From the NCBI GenBank assembly GCA_030704615.1, contig CM060733.1:46252001-46316000 (forward strand): DNA of 64,000 nucleotides. The letters are read 5' to 3'. A program made the translations under genes and the position numbers. This document shows positions 50,801 through 64,000 of the stretch, one piece after another (within the stretch, counting starts at the first letter, position 1; each line of letters opens with the position of its first letter). The notes below the pieces were generated by a model that worked only from the letters and a program-made list of their open reading frames with translations, ran no database searches and was not told the DNA's origin. Origin of the DNA: Takakia lepidozioides. Lineage: Eukaryota; Plantae; Bryophyta.

Positions 50801-53800
50801 CAATCAACGGATGGTTATGTCCAATCTTATGAGAGAAAAATCAAGTCTGGTAAATAGACCTTACAATGTCCACAAATGGCTGCATGCTAATGCTGCGAGG
50901 CATAGTGATTGCACAACTTCAAGTTCTGACTTGTACGGGATAGAGGGACTCGAACCCCCACAAACATTATGGTCACCAGAACCTAAACCTGGCATGTCTA
51001 TCAATTTCTATCATATCCGCCAAAACTTGGTTCAATCTGCTTTTTTTGAAAATAGGCAATCTGACCAGACACCCTCTAGGGGGTAAAGGAGAGGGATTTT
51101 CATGCAGAGACAAGGTGCAGACTGTTGCTGCAGATATCAAGGAAGAGGCTCACCTCACGAAGCTGAATGCTGGCAAATGTTGGCTCTAGGCCTTGGAGGG
51201 GTTCATTATACCCTCGGTTCAGTACATGGTCCTTGCCATTGCCATTAGGACGACCCTCATTGTTCCCAAATATTGATGATATCCCCCAGCTGCCCCCAGT
51301 GGCAGTATTCCCTGAATAAAGGTAGACAACGTGGTCAATTGGTTTGTGAACTTGACTTATTTCCTGCTCCAGTTAGACTGCTACAAGCCCCTTATACTAA
51401 AATCGCTAAGTCAAATTGGAGGGCCTATGAGCAACACATAAGCTACCTTCTCCATTTAAAAATACTTTATAGCAAGAGAACTGTTTCAGCCTTTCTGATA
51501 CAAGAATGATCTAACATGCCAATCACCTGCCTTAGCCCCTCCATTGCTTCCACGTCCACAAAAATTTGGTGGCCACAGACAAATCCAGAAAGCACTTTTG
51601 AACTTTTGCTAGACATGCGTATGTGTAGTTGCTCACCTGAGGGACTGGTCTTCTCTTGTTGCACAGACGAAGGCCTTGCAATCTGTAGACATGTGAATAA
51701 CAAAAGCAACAAATCAGCATCCGCAGCCCAAGGGAGGTAGTTTGCTAGGCCAGAACATTTTAGAAGAAAGCAATCTTCAGGGGATTGGTTCCTCTTCACG
51801 TACAAACATAGAATGGTACAATGGATGAACTAAAAAAGACATGACTACATGTGGGCACGTCCTCCCCATTTTTCTTCCCCTCACTCCCCAAAATAAGCCA
51901 AGGGTTGCATGGCGACAATGCCCATCTAGTAATTGCATCTGTCATTCCTCTTCACATCCGCAGAGGTGTGAATGACCAAAATAGAACAAACACCTGGAGG
52001 AAGTCCAGATGATAACAACATAAACATACATGATCATGACCAACAAGCATGGATGCATTGGTTCGGGCCAAAACTGCCCGTGCCTTGGCAGCCTTTTCTG
52101 GCAATGGTAGCCTATCCGCCCCTGACTCCTTCCATTCATGTGCATCCTGCCAGGATCCATCCATTCCAAGCATAAATTTGGATCAAGAAAAGCACAACAT
52201 CAAAGAACGCATTAGTTCACAATCGGGTCCCCATAAGTAGCAACCAAAAGCCTTGCCCAAAACAGTGGGCTAGTGAAGTGCCAGTAGTGCTCAATCTCAT
52301 TGAACATTGATCTGGCCTTTAGGTTCCAAGTTGGACACTTGCAGGTATCTATGCTGGATGGCGACAGCTAACCCAAAAGAACTGACAGATCGAATGAGAT
52401 CAAATGTGAGCGAAAGCCCAACATCCAATGCGACTGGGCTTTTGAGAAGATTCAGGCAGTAACCTTCGCCTTGGTAGTGTTAGAGGATGAAACCTTGGTG
52501 CCACGTTGTAGCTGCAGTGCTGTCTCCACTGCCTTACTGCCCCCCACAAACCCAGGGTGTGAAGTATTGATGTAGTCCATCTGCAACCAAAACCATCCCA
52601 AACATGTCAAATAAACTTCTTGAGCCCTACACTGAACAGATATACCTATACATATGTACATATGTACATATGTTGGATGTTTTGGGATATTACAATTACA
52701 GAAAAGTTACTAATTGATGGTCCTTAGTATTAATATGTGACCAATGTCTCCAAGCTGTTAGCGCCACATTGGCCAAGGTGTGGAAAACAAGCACTGAAAT
52801 GGTGGGCCATTGAACAGCCCCAAGTGAACAAAATCAAGCATCTTCAGTCCTGGAAACATAGATTTAGAAGGTCCATATCATTATGATGACCCACACTCCT
52901 ACAATATGGAATCACTCTGTAATTTTACTGTGATTTTGCATGGAAGGGGCCTACCCCTTATCTTCTAGATATGGTTCATTCAGCACGACTCAAAGAAGGA
53001 CAATGCCACATTGGCAACCGTAGGAATGACATGAAAAGGTAATCAGATCAAAAGAGTGTCAAGAAAAGGGCTAATTCAACCCATATCACTAAGAAACATC
53101 AATACATAGTCTCCCATGCAGAAGACTACACGTTACTACCTCCATTTCAATAAGATGGCCAATCATCGTTTCCGCTGGAGACAAGCCGTCTCGCAAAAAA
53201 TTGGCCACCACTTCCTCAATGCGCCGCCGCAACACAGGAAAACGCTGCAACTCGTATGTTTCACACCGATGTGATATCTGCCAGTTCAATCATCCCAAAC
53301 AAGAATACGTCCTAACAATGTGAGACAAACTTGGGTCTTCTGATTAATATCAGTAAAAATGAAAAAGCACATACACAGATTACGAGACATTGGGTATAGT
53401 CTACACAGAGTTTAAGGGCAGGTCAAGGGATCTAACCGGGTAAGAGAACAAAATTGAGGTTGTCATGGCTGCAGAAGCCCAGAGGGACTATGGCACAAAG
53501 GAAGAACTACAACGGAAAACCAAAAAGAAAACTGCTTGGGGTTGGCGGTACTCATCCATTAAGCTGCACGAGAGAGAGAAATAAAGAAACTTTTAGCATC
53601 CACAGAGACAGGGGGTGAACCTTGACAAGCTCATCATAGATGAAACGTGCACACTGCAGGCTGGGTTCTAGCAGTCGCGCAATCTGGCGGCGCACCAGCA
53701 CCTCAAACGGCACCTGAGGAAGCCGCACACAATGTTCCCCCATTAACGCTGACATGAGTGTGCCATGTGTGCCTGCCATCTGGACCACTCCACATCTCCC

Positions 53801-56800
53801 CCCCGAACCGGCCCCAACAGATAGACGAACCTCTCAAGTGCCCCAACCCGACCCAGATAGCCCCCCTCCAAAACCCCTCCCCACAGCCCCACCCCCATTC
53901 CCATACCCCTTGAGAGTCAAACCATGTGCAATGAGGTGAATAATGTGGCTAGGTAAATTCCAAATTTGTACCTTATTCTTGGATCACGTAAATAGTGCTT
54001 ACCGCCCTTTCAGATTACAAACACCTTGAGTCCGTTATAGGACAGAGAGGCTCTTTTGCAAATAGATTTAGTACCAGCACGAAATGGATGGCCAAAATTG
54101 TAAGCTGAAAAGGACGCGAATATCCGTAACAACAACAAGTTTCAAGCAACAACTTAATGTCAGAAGGGCATCATAGTTCTTGGTTGGATGCTGGTTAGAA
54201 GCTCAACGGGAAACCTATGCGATATGACATTTACCTCTGGAACAAAGAGAACATTTTTGGGCCCTGTTGCGTTTTGTATAGCTGTTCGAATGTCTTCATC
54301 ACTCAAGTCATCACATGGATCCACCTCCTGCCTCATCCCAAAGCCAGATAAATAAAATGCCGACCAGATTAGAGTGTTACTGTGATTATGACATCCACTA
54401 CGGCCAAAACTGTTGTCAAGGAAAGGCCCAATGAAGGCCAGTAAGCCCCATTAAGTGCAATGATATGCCCAGCCTGTGCCCTTGAAAACTTAAGACCTGA
54501 TATGAACACCAGGTAAGCAACCTGGCCGAATCAAACAGCACAACAAAATGACTTGATAGTTTCATGTCTCGTATCTACACTGCATGATCCAACAGGATTA
54601 CAACAGCAAGGATCCAGAGGCGATAATATTTTGAAGTCCTGATGTGGCAAGATGTGAAAGATGTGGCAAGTGTGAAAGCTAGGTCTGGCCAGGTGCCTTT
54701 GCATTTGTACCTCTAAGCTTTTCACAAAGATAGCCTGGAAAATATAGTGAATGCGTGCTCCTCCAGACAGCTCACTTGTAGACATCTCTTCATTCTTGCC
54801 GTCAATAATTGACTGGAAACCTGAGCTCACATGCAATTCCTATCTTAATGATCCTCTCATTAGTCTATACAATCCCATACCCATCCATTCCACTTGGGCA
54901 ATGCTCCCAGAGCGTCAACAAATTCAGTTGGAACATGCTGAGTCCCACTAAAAAGAAAGCTTCAATATCCCCATCTTCATATTTACATCTTGCTTCCACA
55001 CTACTTCCTTCTTTCGTACAAAGATTGCTACTATCTCACTTCGTCCAGAATGAGTCTTACACTCACAAAGCTTCTGTCACGAGACTAGTCCAGACTCAAT
55101 GCCTGAAGCCAATTTAGCAATCAGAAAGTAGCCCTCAACCTCTCTTGCAACACTTCCATGTTGGTTTGACACCGGTGTCCACATACTGCCCATGGTTGTG
55201 AGGATACAACCAATAAGAACTATCTAAGCAAGTTCAAGAGGCATCTACACAAGAGGCTTTCATTACATGTACAGGATCAATGCTTCATACCATGAGAGTA
55301 TTTGGTAATGATGCCAAGCAACAATGCCCCTTGCCCTGACTGCAAACACCAACATCATCCATGATCCCAGTCAATAACATCCTTTGCCTATGAAGCTGGT
55401 GCCGAAACTTCCTTTAGATGTACCTGAGAAGTTACGAGTAATAAGCAACACAACAGACATGCAGTGAATGTGCTTCATACAATGAAAGAGCATGCATGCA
55501 TGCACACGAAAGAAACAATAGGATAGGATAGTCTAAGCATAAGAATCACTCTACAAAAGTACAGAAGGTCATACTCCTAAACCTGAAAAATTTGAGGCAT
55601 GGAAACAGCAAATAAGAGTTACAAACCCATATCACACCCATGACATGCAACTGCGATCTTTAAATTTGTGCTAAATGTGAATAGTACAGCCTTCACCTTG
55701 GAATCAGTGAGCTCCCCATAGCTGCTAAGCTCTTTCTGCAGTGTGACCATTTGAGTGCCGATACGTGCTTTCAAGTCAGGAAGTATCGCCCTTATATGCT
55801 GCACCAAAATCTGCGACCATCTAGCGCACACTTCACAACTTGCAAATATTGACTCATATCTGTTCAAGAATAGGACCAAATTGAAGAGAGCTTACAAGCA
55901 TGAACATTGATGTTTACATCATACCGAATACAAGAATGTTCTCGAGACCTAGAGGTGGTTAGATCAGTTCTGTTTATAGGAATCTATGTTTGTTGCCTGG
56001 AAATGATGGCACTGACTATCACCATTAATGGGGATGCATCATAAAAGCGCAGTGAATGTCTGGATGACCACATTCTTCCCACTGACAGCTTTCAAAGATT
56101 AACTATCAGACAACAAAGGATGTCAGTGTACCAATAGAAATATATGTTGGAGATTGGGCAAATTTCAATTTACCGAGTTCAACTTCTTTGCCAACTGAGG
56201 AACGCCACACCGCTCGGACAAGTTATGATACACCTGGGAAAGTAAAGCATTTTTCAATACGATTTGGCACAAAGCATCAACTCAGCAAGTAGCCCAGATC
56301 TGCACCCCATCACACCTTGGGATGACCCTTGCACAAGTGTTTTAGGACACTCCTGCCAGCATCTCATCCACTAGGCACAGCTATGAGCCAAATGGTCATG
56401 AACTCATGGATCAATGGCCACACTGCCATGGCAGTACCCTCTGGTCATGCACAAGACTTCCTCACTTTGCAGACGCGCAATTCCCTCTAACTATTGGGTA
56501 ATTTGGATCTCTCTCAATAGAATGTGCCAGATACTAGGTCTACATCGGTGGTGGCCAGTGTTTTTTTTCCATTTTTCCAAAATCACCTGAGGGGCCGCAT
56601 GTAAATTTTACCCAGCACCCATGTGGTGAGAATAACAAGTGGCAGGGTTAGAAAGTTGGCAATATAACAGGTGGCGTGTTTTAACAGGTCCACATAGGCA
56701 AAATCAGGCTCCTGATATTCCACTACTGGCACTTTCTGGTGAATTTTCCGATTTTTACCCCCATAATCCTTTGTAAAAGTAGCTGACCCATTTTCCAGGT

Positions 56801-59800
56801 CGATCTGGAATGTGTGGCAATTTCTTACTAGAAAAAAGACAATGGTGGTGGCTGATAAAGCTTGATCATGAAGTCTAGATCAAACAAGAAACAAGCTTGG
56901 AAGCATTCCATTAGGTGATAGTAATCAATTGGCAAAGCACCCGTTGCTGCAGCTGCTTTTGAAGAAAGCTGTAGAAGTTTAGAGTATTCGTCAACATCTT
57001 ACATTTGGATCTAGTTACAGTGATCTCTACATGAGCTGTGCCTCCACACGGCAAGGAAGGTAACACCACCAAGGAAAGCTTAAGTACCCAAGAGTTCAAT
57101 ACTTACAGGTCGACTGCGAAAAAAATTCTCCTCAAAAATGAGAGCTTCTCGGATGGATTTGTTTGCAACAATATCCTACAAAGACAACCAACAGCAAGCG
57201 ACCCAAACCATTTGAGAAAAAATATATCGTCGTGATGAAAGTGCTAGAGAATAGGTTTAACAAGTGACAGATAATGTCTTATTTCCAATAAAATACCTGC
57301 CCATACCTCACCACTTGGTCAACTCAAATGGATGGCAACCATGTCTTGTTTTCGTTATTGGGTACAGAAACTTGAAGCAGGACCCTTTTAGGGGGCTTAC
57401 TGCAGAATTCAGGTCAAAACCAATGAAGGAATTGAAAATCATTGACACCCTAGAACTAGCCTCGTCTGGATTATGTACCTTTCTGATATACACCTACTTC
57501 TGATTCAATCGGAAATATACCAAGCATTGACTACTGTAAGACTTCCCGTTGAGTCGCCACATGTCACTTTCTCTTGGACCTCTCCTAGTTCCTCCAATCT
57601 CACATCCTGACTCCCCTCTTAGCCGTTTACTTGGAAACTATGCGACTATGTGAAGTATCTCATGGCATTTTGCACAACTACACAGATTCTGTGCCAACAG
57701 CATTCTTCCAGGCCATCATGTACGACTTCTCCCTCCTCAGTTGACAACCTCTTGAAATTATACAGGTTACACAACTGCAGAGTATGGTGGTGCACACTAC
57801 TAAAATTCAAAGTCAAACCAAATTATTGTAATACCTCCTGACTGCGATTTACAACACCAACATAGCCTAGGCGGAGGGGAACCACGTTGCCTAACAAAAA
57901 GTTCCGAGCATCAGTTCCCCGGTCCATAATATCTAACTGCAACCACATCCCCAACCCCACAAAATAAGGTCAACCTTACTTTCAAACCGACATCAGCCTT
58001 TTTCATGTCCATTATTGCTCATGCAGCTCTGACCATCAATATGCATTAAAATGCTTGAGCTGTAGGAGTCTCATCTCCTAGATCACAATGGGAAAGTGCA
58101 AAGCAGGAAAATTAGAGCAACCAAACAATGAGGTGTACCTTTGTGATAACACCAATGGTTCGAGATCCTGCACACAAACATCCACATACCTTGTCAACCG
58201 AGCACACTTAAAACTGCCAGAAACCTTTTCTCACTTTATGAGTAAACCCAACTTCCACACAAGCCCTTGGGCCTCTGGTGGACAAGTTCCAAAGCTTGGT
58301 CCTCAGGCCTTGCGTGGATGTGATGAAGATGTTACATTTCTTCTCTCACGAACAACTGATCTCCTGTTATAGAGTTTGCTAGCCCTTTCGTAAAACTGGA
58401 TCCTCGCCAAATGTAAGAACCTAATATGGCATTCAGGCTATGTCCTGTAAAATGGTAGGTTCCACCCCCAAGCACCTGAGACCATGCGTACATGGTGTCC
58501 AAGCAGGTTCACTGGAGCCAGTCAGGTTGCTCTGAAGAATAGCAGTCAACCAAGTACAAATTCAACTACAGGCATACAAAGTCAAACACTGAAAAACATA
58601 GAACACACCATCACGATGACACTCACAGCAAAAGCTGAGGTACGAGATTACCATCAGGATCAGCAATTCGGGACATCTGAAGGGCATCTGAGTTTGCCAA
58701 ATCAGCATTGGCTGGAGAGACTGCCAGAATGATGCAGGTCTCATGCTTTATGTAGGATAAAATCATTGTGCGCACACGGGCTTCTATGTCCGAGGGTTGG
58801 TCACCAACAGGCACCTTTGTGATGCCGGGCAAGTCTACCAGTGTTATATTCAAAACATTTGGAGAGAATATTTTCAGACGGATCTGCTTCTCTGATATCC
58901 CTTTGTTTGTGCCGAGTTCCCGGTCTGTCTCCAACTGCAGGCAAGAACGTCAAACACACTGCTTCATATTAAAAATCTCAGTTTGTTGGCAGTGGATATC
59001 CTGCCTGCTTCTACTGTCTACCACATGTTAAAATTCCAGCTAACAAAAAGGCTAGAGAAAAAATCGGTACAGTGTTTAGACGGCCCAGGCAACTTGGGTT
59101 CAGAAGCTAGAAGGGAAAGCAAGCGGCAAAAGAACATTACACATAGGCTTGTGGGTGACAATATGGCCACAGAGCCAAGCTTTCACAGAGAGCACAAATA
59201 GTGTCCCATTTATAATCATTGTATCAATTCCAGCTCAGATATGAACTCAGACAGGAACACCTTCCTCAGAAAGCAGGCCGAACTTACATGACATAGCAAT
59301 TCAATTACTACATGATTCTCAGAGTGACACAGGTCTGATCTTGTGTTCTTGCAATCAGCTGGTGACAGTCCTGTGTCCATGATTCATCATCACTTGATGC
59401 TAGAGTTCAAGCTTCTAAAGATGCCAACTTTGTGTCAGTAGGTCAGAATTTCTTATTAGACCGTAATGTAAAGCCAAACCAGTGTTTGCTGCTGCAGTTT
59501 AGCACCTGTACGGAGAGGAGAAAAAACTCTGAAATCATTTGCCAAACCCTATGCCACTGCAAATGTTGTACAGGTATGAGTCTTGAACATGAGTAACTGA
59601 AACCTTGAAAGCTAAAAAGACTACACAGGAGGTCTCACCTGAATCTCTTTGCGAATTGCTGAGAAATCCGTAAAGCGACGGCCAGGAATGTGCAAGAATT
59701 CGCCCCATTCGATCAACTCCGAGCGGTCCTCCGGCCTCCGGACAGTCTGCACTAGTTGCAAAACCAAAGGGCGTCGTGTGCAAATATCTGAACCTCTTGG

Positions 59801-61002
59801 CAAGAAGTCACGGCCCACAAGTGCCTCCAAAACACTCGATTTCCCACTGCTTTGGCTGCCTACCACAGCAACCTGCAGAAAAAAGTCAGTCAAAAGCAGG
59901 TCAAATCCTGCAACAAATCATCATTACCATATCAAAGGCAGCCTCCCACTTAGGTTGAAGCTGAAAAGTTGTATTCTCACGCTATCAGCCAGTGCGCAGA
60001 ATTTCACTGCAGGATTACCAGGCTTTACAATCCATTGCTTTGAGAATCATTGTGACAACTTGGTCTCCACCAATGCAAAGCACTGACTAACACACTTCAA
60101 ATTGTGACCACATGCAATTCACCCCTGGATGCATGTTCTTAGACAACTCCAGCAATACAAGACATACTGACAATGCGCATCCTGAACAGGATGTAAAAAC
60201 CAGGGGCTAAGCATATCGAGTTACCAAGCACGCCATTGACAAGGTGACCCCAAATGGGTGTGTGACGCCTATCAAGAAACATCTTCACCTCCTACACCAC
60301 AAGATAGCCTGAAAGCTACAAAACATGCAGTCGTCCAGAGATGGATGCCTCCTAGGACTTGTGGATGGCAAGTAAGCACATGGTGCACAATGTGCCCCGG
60401 AAGTCTGGAAGGCAAGAATCAACTTCTTGATTTACTGCTGAATCGAGCCTTCCATGATGGTAGTGGCCCTCATCAGCTTCCCTCCCTTCTCCCTACCTAC
60501 CCACTATGCTCAATTCATGCGGGAGAGCACGGATTAAGAATCCAACGCCTCCAAGAAATGTCAAGAGGGTTCATCTTTCACTCATACTTGCGATAATTAG
60601 CAAGAACCATTCACTTTGCAAGCGGGCTGTAACAATTAACTGTCAATCCCCTAACCTGTAAGGTGATAAGAGCTTTTGAATGAAAAAGCCCGAAGGGAAG
60701 GCTTTTGCAATCGATTGGATCAGGGAGACCAACGTGGTTGACGGAAACAAGTAATAGCACTCCGAGATTCAACCTCTTCTTGCAGATTTCCTCAACTCGC
60801 CAACGAGCAAAGCAGCCCTGCTTACCTGCGGTAGATCTATCGTCGATGCACTGCCCAGCTGCGAAAATATGTCCTGGAGCTTGTTCACCAAAGGGATCAC
60901 CGACTGCCCTAAAAATGGGGATGAACCTGATGGCGACGGAGGTACGCCTGACGGAGATAGAGGCACGGTTGAGGCTGGTGCCGTTGCTGCCGGCTGCGAC
61001 AT
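47822..61002 (-). CDS. DRP3: Dynamin-related protein 3 (DRP3/ADL2-type; mitochondrial/peroxisomal fission), about 21 exons
   Basis: ATG 61002, [19 protein letters not shown]|[16 protein letters not shown] (P-loop), [22 protein letters not shown]|[20 protein letters not shown]|[29 protein letters not shown], and [25 protein letters not shown]|VNHAKRELH. All junctions checked are GT-AG and in phase. Confidence 0.96.
50934..51020 (-). pseudogene. trnL: Mitochondrial-type tRNA-Leu(UAG) pseudogene (NUMT) in a DRP3 intron
   Basis: Minus strand reads GCGGATATGATAGAAATTGATAGACATGCCAGGTTTAGGTTCTGGTGACCATAATGTTTGTGGGGGTTCGAGTCCCTCTATCCCGTA. It has anticodon stem CCAGG/TCTGG with TAG, a long variable arm and a GGTTCGAGTCC T-arm. 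The D-loop GG is lost and the acceptor stem has an extra C. It resembles recalled bryophyte mitochondrial trnL(UAG), not the plastid gene. Confidence 0.85.
56556..56844. mobile_element. hAT-type MITE (289 bp) in a DRP3 intron
   Basis: Perfect 8-bp TSD GTGGTGGC at 56548-56555 and 56845-56852. Imperfect TIRs CAGTGTTTTTTTTC and GAAAAAAGACAATG. Confidence 0.85.
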
Positions 61003-62809
61003 TGTTCCAGACAATCAATTTCCAAGATCAATATGTAGTAAGTTCCTCGCTAATCTGTGCTCTCTACCCTACACCAAGTAAGGTAGCTCAAGCTACCAGC
61101 TTATAATTAGATGCTCCGCGACTTTGTAAGGCAATGTCCCAATCTCAAATCCAACCAAGGAAGCCGGCACTTGATACCGAGATGCTCCAGAGACAGTGCA
61201 GAAACGAGATACAACACGAGCTAAACCCTGTGCCCTTTCTAATCATCTTGCGGTCCCAAGGACCTAACCCTTCCACTCAAATTCAGCACCCGCTCCCATA
61301 CTCTTGACGCCATCAATATATCTCAATCCTCAGCTTCCAATGCTCAAGAATCCCTCCAAATCACTCGCCTTCACAGCACAGATCAAACTACAGATTCACG
61401 CAAATCACAACCCCACGCAAACCAGCCTTCAATCCGAAGACCTCGGATGAAGCCTAAAGCGTTGGCGGGGAGTGATGGTGGCAAAGGGTTTTCAAACCAA
61501 GGGGACAAGACGATCCCCTCCCTCGAACCTTCCCCGAACCTAATATCCAGGTTCGTCATAACGAGCCAGCACCCCGAAGCTGAGGAAACCCCCCCGAACT
61601 GGGTCTCCGGACCTGAGTTTCAGGCTAGAGAAATGCAAATATGTAGATGGTGGGAATATTCTAAATCTCGGATTAATAATTGAAGAAGATAGTGGAGGGT
61701 TTCTGAAAACCCTAGGCTCGGGATGTGAGGGATTTGAGGGGTTTGCCCCACTTTGATCTCAAGATTCCGGAAGCTGCTTCGTATTCCCATCCCCCGGACG
61801 GATGAGTACGTGTTCATCCATCTCCCATACGAATACCTAGGATCAAGCTGCGGAGGTAAATAACGGCATCCGGCTTCGCCACATGGCAGCACGGGAGTGC
61901 AAGAGGTTAATGGATGAAAAATTTCAATCGTTTTTATTCGTTACCTCCCCCCAACCATAACGTGACAAAAAATTGAATATTGGACATTCTTAATTATTTA
62001 TGGCTTCGACGATTTTAACCCCTAATGGACGAGCCCATTTTTTGTGGACCAACTACAAAACGGAACATACCCTCATGGATGAGGGATTGGTCCACCAAAC
62101 GGAACGTATCCTCATGGATGAGGGTATACTTCTCAGTTGACAAACATCCACGGGGATGAACCGTATGACAGTCACCCTACCTACTTCATGCACCTGCTCT
62201 AAAATTTCAGATGATATGGACGTGTGATTAGGAAGATTACAACAAAAATCCAAGCCCAGAATTTCTATTGTACTCCAATTTAAGAGTCAAAAAATGGTTT
62301 GACAAGCATTTGGCCTACCAAAATGATTTCTCATTCATACATGCTGTCCAAATTCGGATTATGTGGCACCTAAAGCAAAATTTCATAGCCCAATTCCAAA
62401 ATCTCATAAGGTTTGCTTTGTATGGCCTGTGTGTTGAGCAGTAGGCTCAGTAAATTCACTGGACGTTAAAGAAACTTTATCTTTATCTTTGTATGGGAAA
62501 ATAGGGGGGGTAAAAAATACAATATATTACAATTGAACCCCCTTGGGGTGTCCAATCTTTTAGTGGAACCACAATTCCAGCGGTCATGTTCATCTTTGCC
62601 TGATTACTAACTACCTTGAAAAAAATATCATCATTCTAACCTATATACACATACATATTTTTGAACATTCTTCCTTGAATCCCAACTGAGGCTTCAGGTA
62701 CTTGGGAAATTTTTGATATGTATGATAGATGCATGATTGTTGACAAGTATGGGGAAAGAAAAAGACTTTGTCGACGGGCAAAAATCCAAAAAATCGCCTG
62801 CTTCAAAAC

Positions 62810-62990
62810 CAGTGTTGTGCGGGTATATTGATTTCAATATACCCTTAGGGTATAAGTAAATTATTTTTGTCAAATCATTTATCCTCCGGGTATGGATAAA
62901 TTAACTTTTCAGATTTCTATATAACCCCCGGGTATGGATATATATGCCAAAATATACCCTGAGGGTATGAATAGTTTCCGGGTATGGATA
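62810..62990. repeat. Cluster of short palindromic/subterminal-type repeats, probable DNA-transposon end
   Basis: ccgggtatggata three times plus near-palindromes atacccttagggtat and ataccctgagggtat, following CAGTGTTG at about 62810. Confidence 0.45.
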
Positions 62991-63169
62991 GTTATTTCAA
63001 TTAATATATAATTTAATGGTTTTAAAGAATATATGACGTTCTTCAATATGTACAAAACACAAAAAAAACAATCTAGGGTAAAAGAGAAAATTGATAAGAT
63101 ATTGCATAATATTTTGGTGTTAATTTCCAATGCAAGATGGAGGAGGTTTGAGATTAAAAAAACACACAT

Positions 63170-63365
63170 TGGCTGGTAGCTCAGCTAGTAACCCGCTGCC
63201 ATGCCCCCTGTGTGGGATTGTTCGTGACGGTACATCAGGCGTTGATCGTCGTGTAGGTCTCATGGTCCATAAATGAAAGGGGGTTAATCTTTCCCCCTCC
63301 TCAAGGGCCTGAATTGTGGACTGTAGCTCCCAAGTTTCCTCCAAAAAAAAAAAAAAAAAAAAAAA
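63170..63365 (+). mobile_element. Possible poly(A)-tailed SINE-like insert
   Basis: Box-A-like TAGCTCAGCTAG at 63177 and an A23 tract at 63343-63365. No convincing box B or TSD. Confidence 0.3.
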
Positions 63366-64000
63366 ATCCCCCTCAAGACCTAAATTGTGGGCAGGTATCC
63401 TTCTATATATATATATATAGGCGAGATCTGAAGATGTATTGTTTGGGTTATATGACATTTTAGGAATGATATATATGTAGCATTTGTTTTAGTTGTGATT
63501 GGAGCTTTCTTATAGCTCCATCTTCTCGACTCTCGTATCTCTCCTTGTGTTGAGGAGGAGGGGGCTACGCTAGATTTCGTTTGGATAAAAGTTGCCAAAA
63601 GAAAGAAGTGTCATTCATCTGTGGATGCTGCTCGATCAGCTTATCGTTCACTGTATCATCCATTTCTTGCACACGCGTGTGAGGTGAGACAGTCCATACT
63701 ATCATCCCAACACTCCAATATAGAGAAAACCTGTAAAGCTTCTGAAATTAGGTGACTACAACTTCATACCTAGTACAAGTTTCTTCTGCATGGGAAAAGT
63801 ACTATCTTGTGTACTCCACATGGATGGTAAATAGTAAGCTCTTCCAAATATTGCAAGTGCTGGAATCTAATTGAGTATAACAATGAGGAGGACTAAGCAA
63901 CACTGTGTATATCATATCATATATACTCAATACTCGCACTCGATGAGCCAATGAACATTGCTCTTCCTCTCAATCCAATTTTTTCCATCCAATGCTCACG

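Noticed and set aside
51270-51310. Apparent frameshift in the DRP3 SWGISSIFG exon
   Set aside because: Recounting the G-run shows five G, so the frame is intact.
61707-61714. Telo-box AAACCCTA upstream of DRP3
   Set aside because: A single 8-mer could occur by chance and cannot be supported without TSS data.

Overview
Gene-dense, intron-rich nuclear DNA from a non-seed land plant, probably a bryophyte or lycophyte. This is inferred from an iota-class GST, a bryophyte-type mitochondrial trnL(UAG) insert and a piggyBac relic. Manual splicing gives ten protein-coding genes: the 5' end of a KUP/HAK K+ transporter (-, runs off the left edge), a HAD-like hydrolase (-), VPS38/UVRAG (+), a Pollen Ole e 1/Pro-rich protein (+), an intronless U-box/ARM E3 ligase (+), an iota-class GST (-), a GPI-anchored nsLTP (-), a Rab3GAP catalytic-subunit-like gene with an in-frame BSD domain (-), porphobilinogen deaminase HEMC (-) and dynamin-related DRP3 (-). 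Accessory DNA includes a Pack-element-like insert in VPS38 intron 2 carrying a decayed Argonaute exon plus three exons of a second gene, a tRNA-derived SINE with an 11-bp TSD, a piggyBac transposase relic, a hAT-type MITE with an 8-bp TSD, a mitochondrial tRNA-Leu NUMT, a dispersed LTR-like repeat and several tandem duplications. The best leads are the gene-capturing intronic element, the BSD-Rab3GAP fusion, a possible UUG start for the K+ transporter, an internal deletion in the GST and a G-quadruplex-type tract abutting the HEMC start codon. All homology calls come from recalled motifs, not database searches. One duplication looks like an assembly artefact, so single-base and deletion claims need read-level checks.
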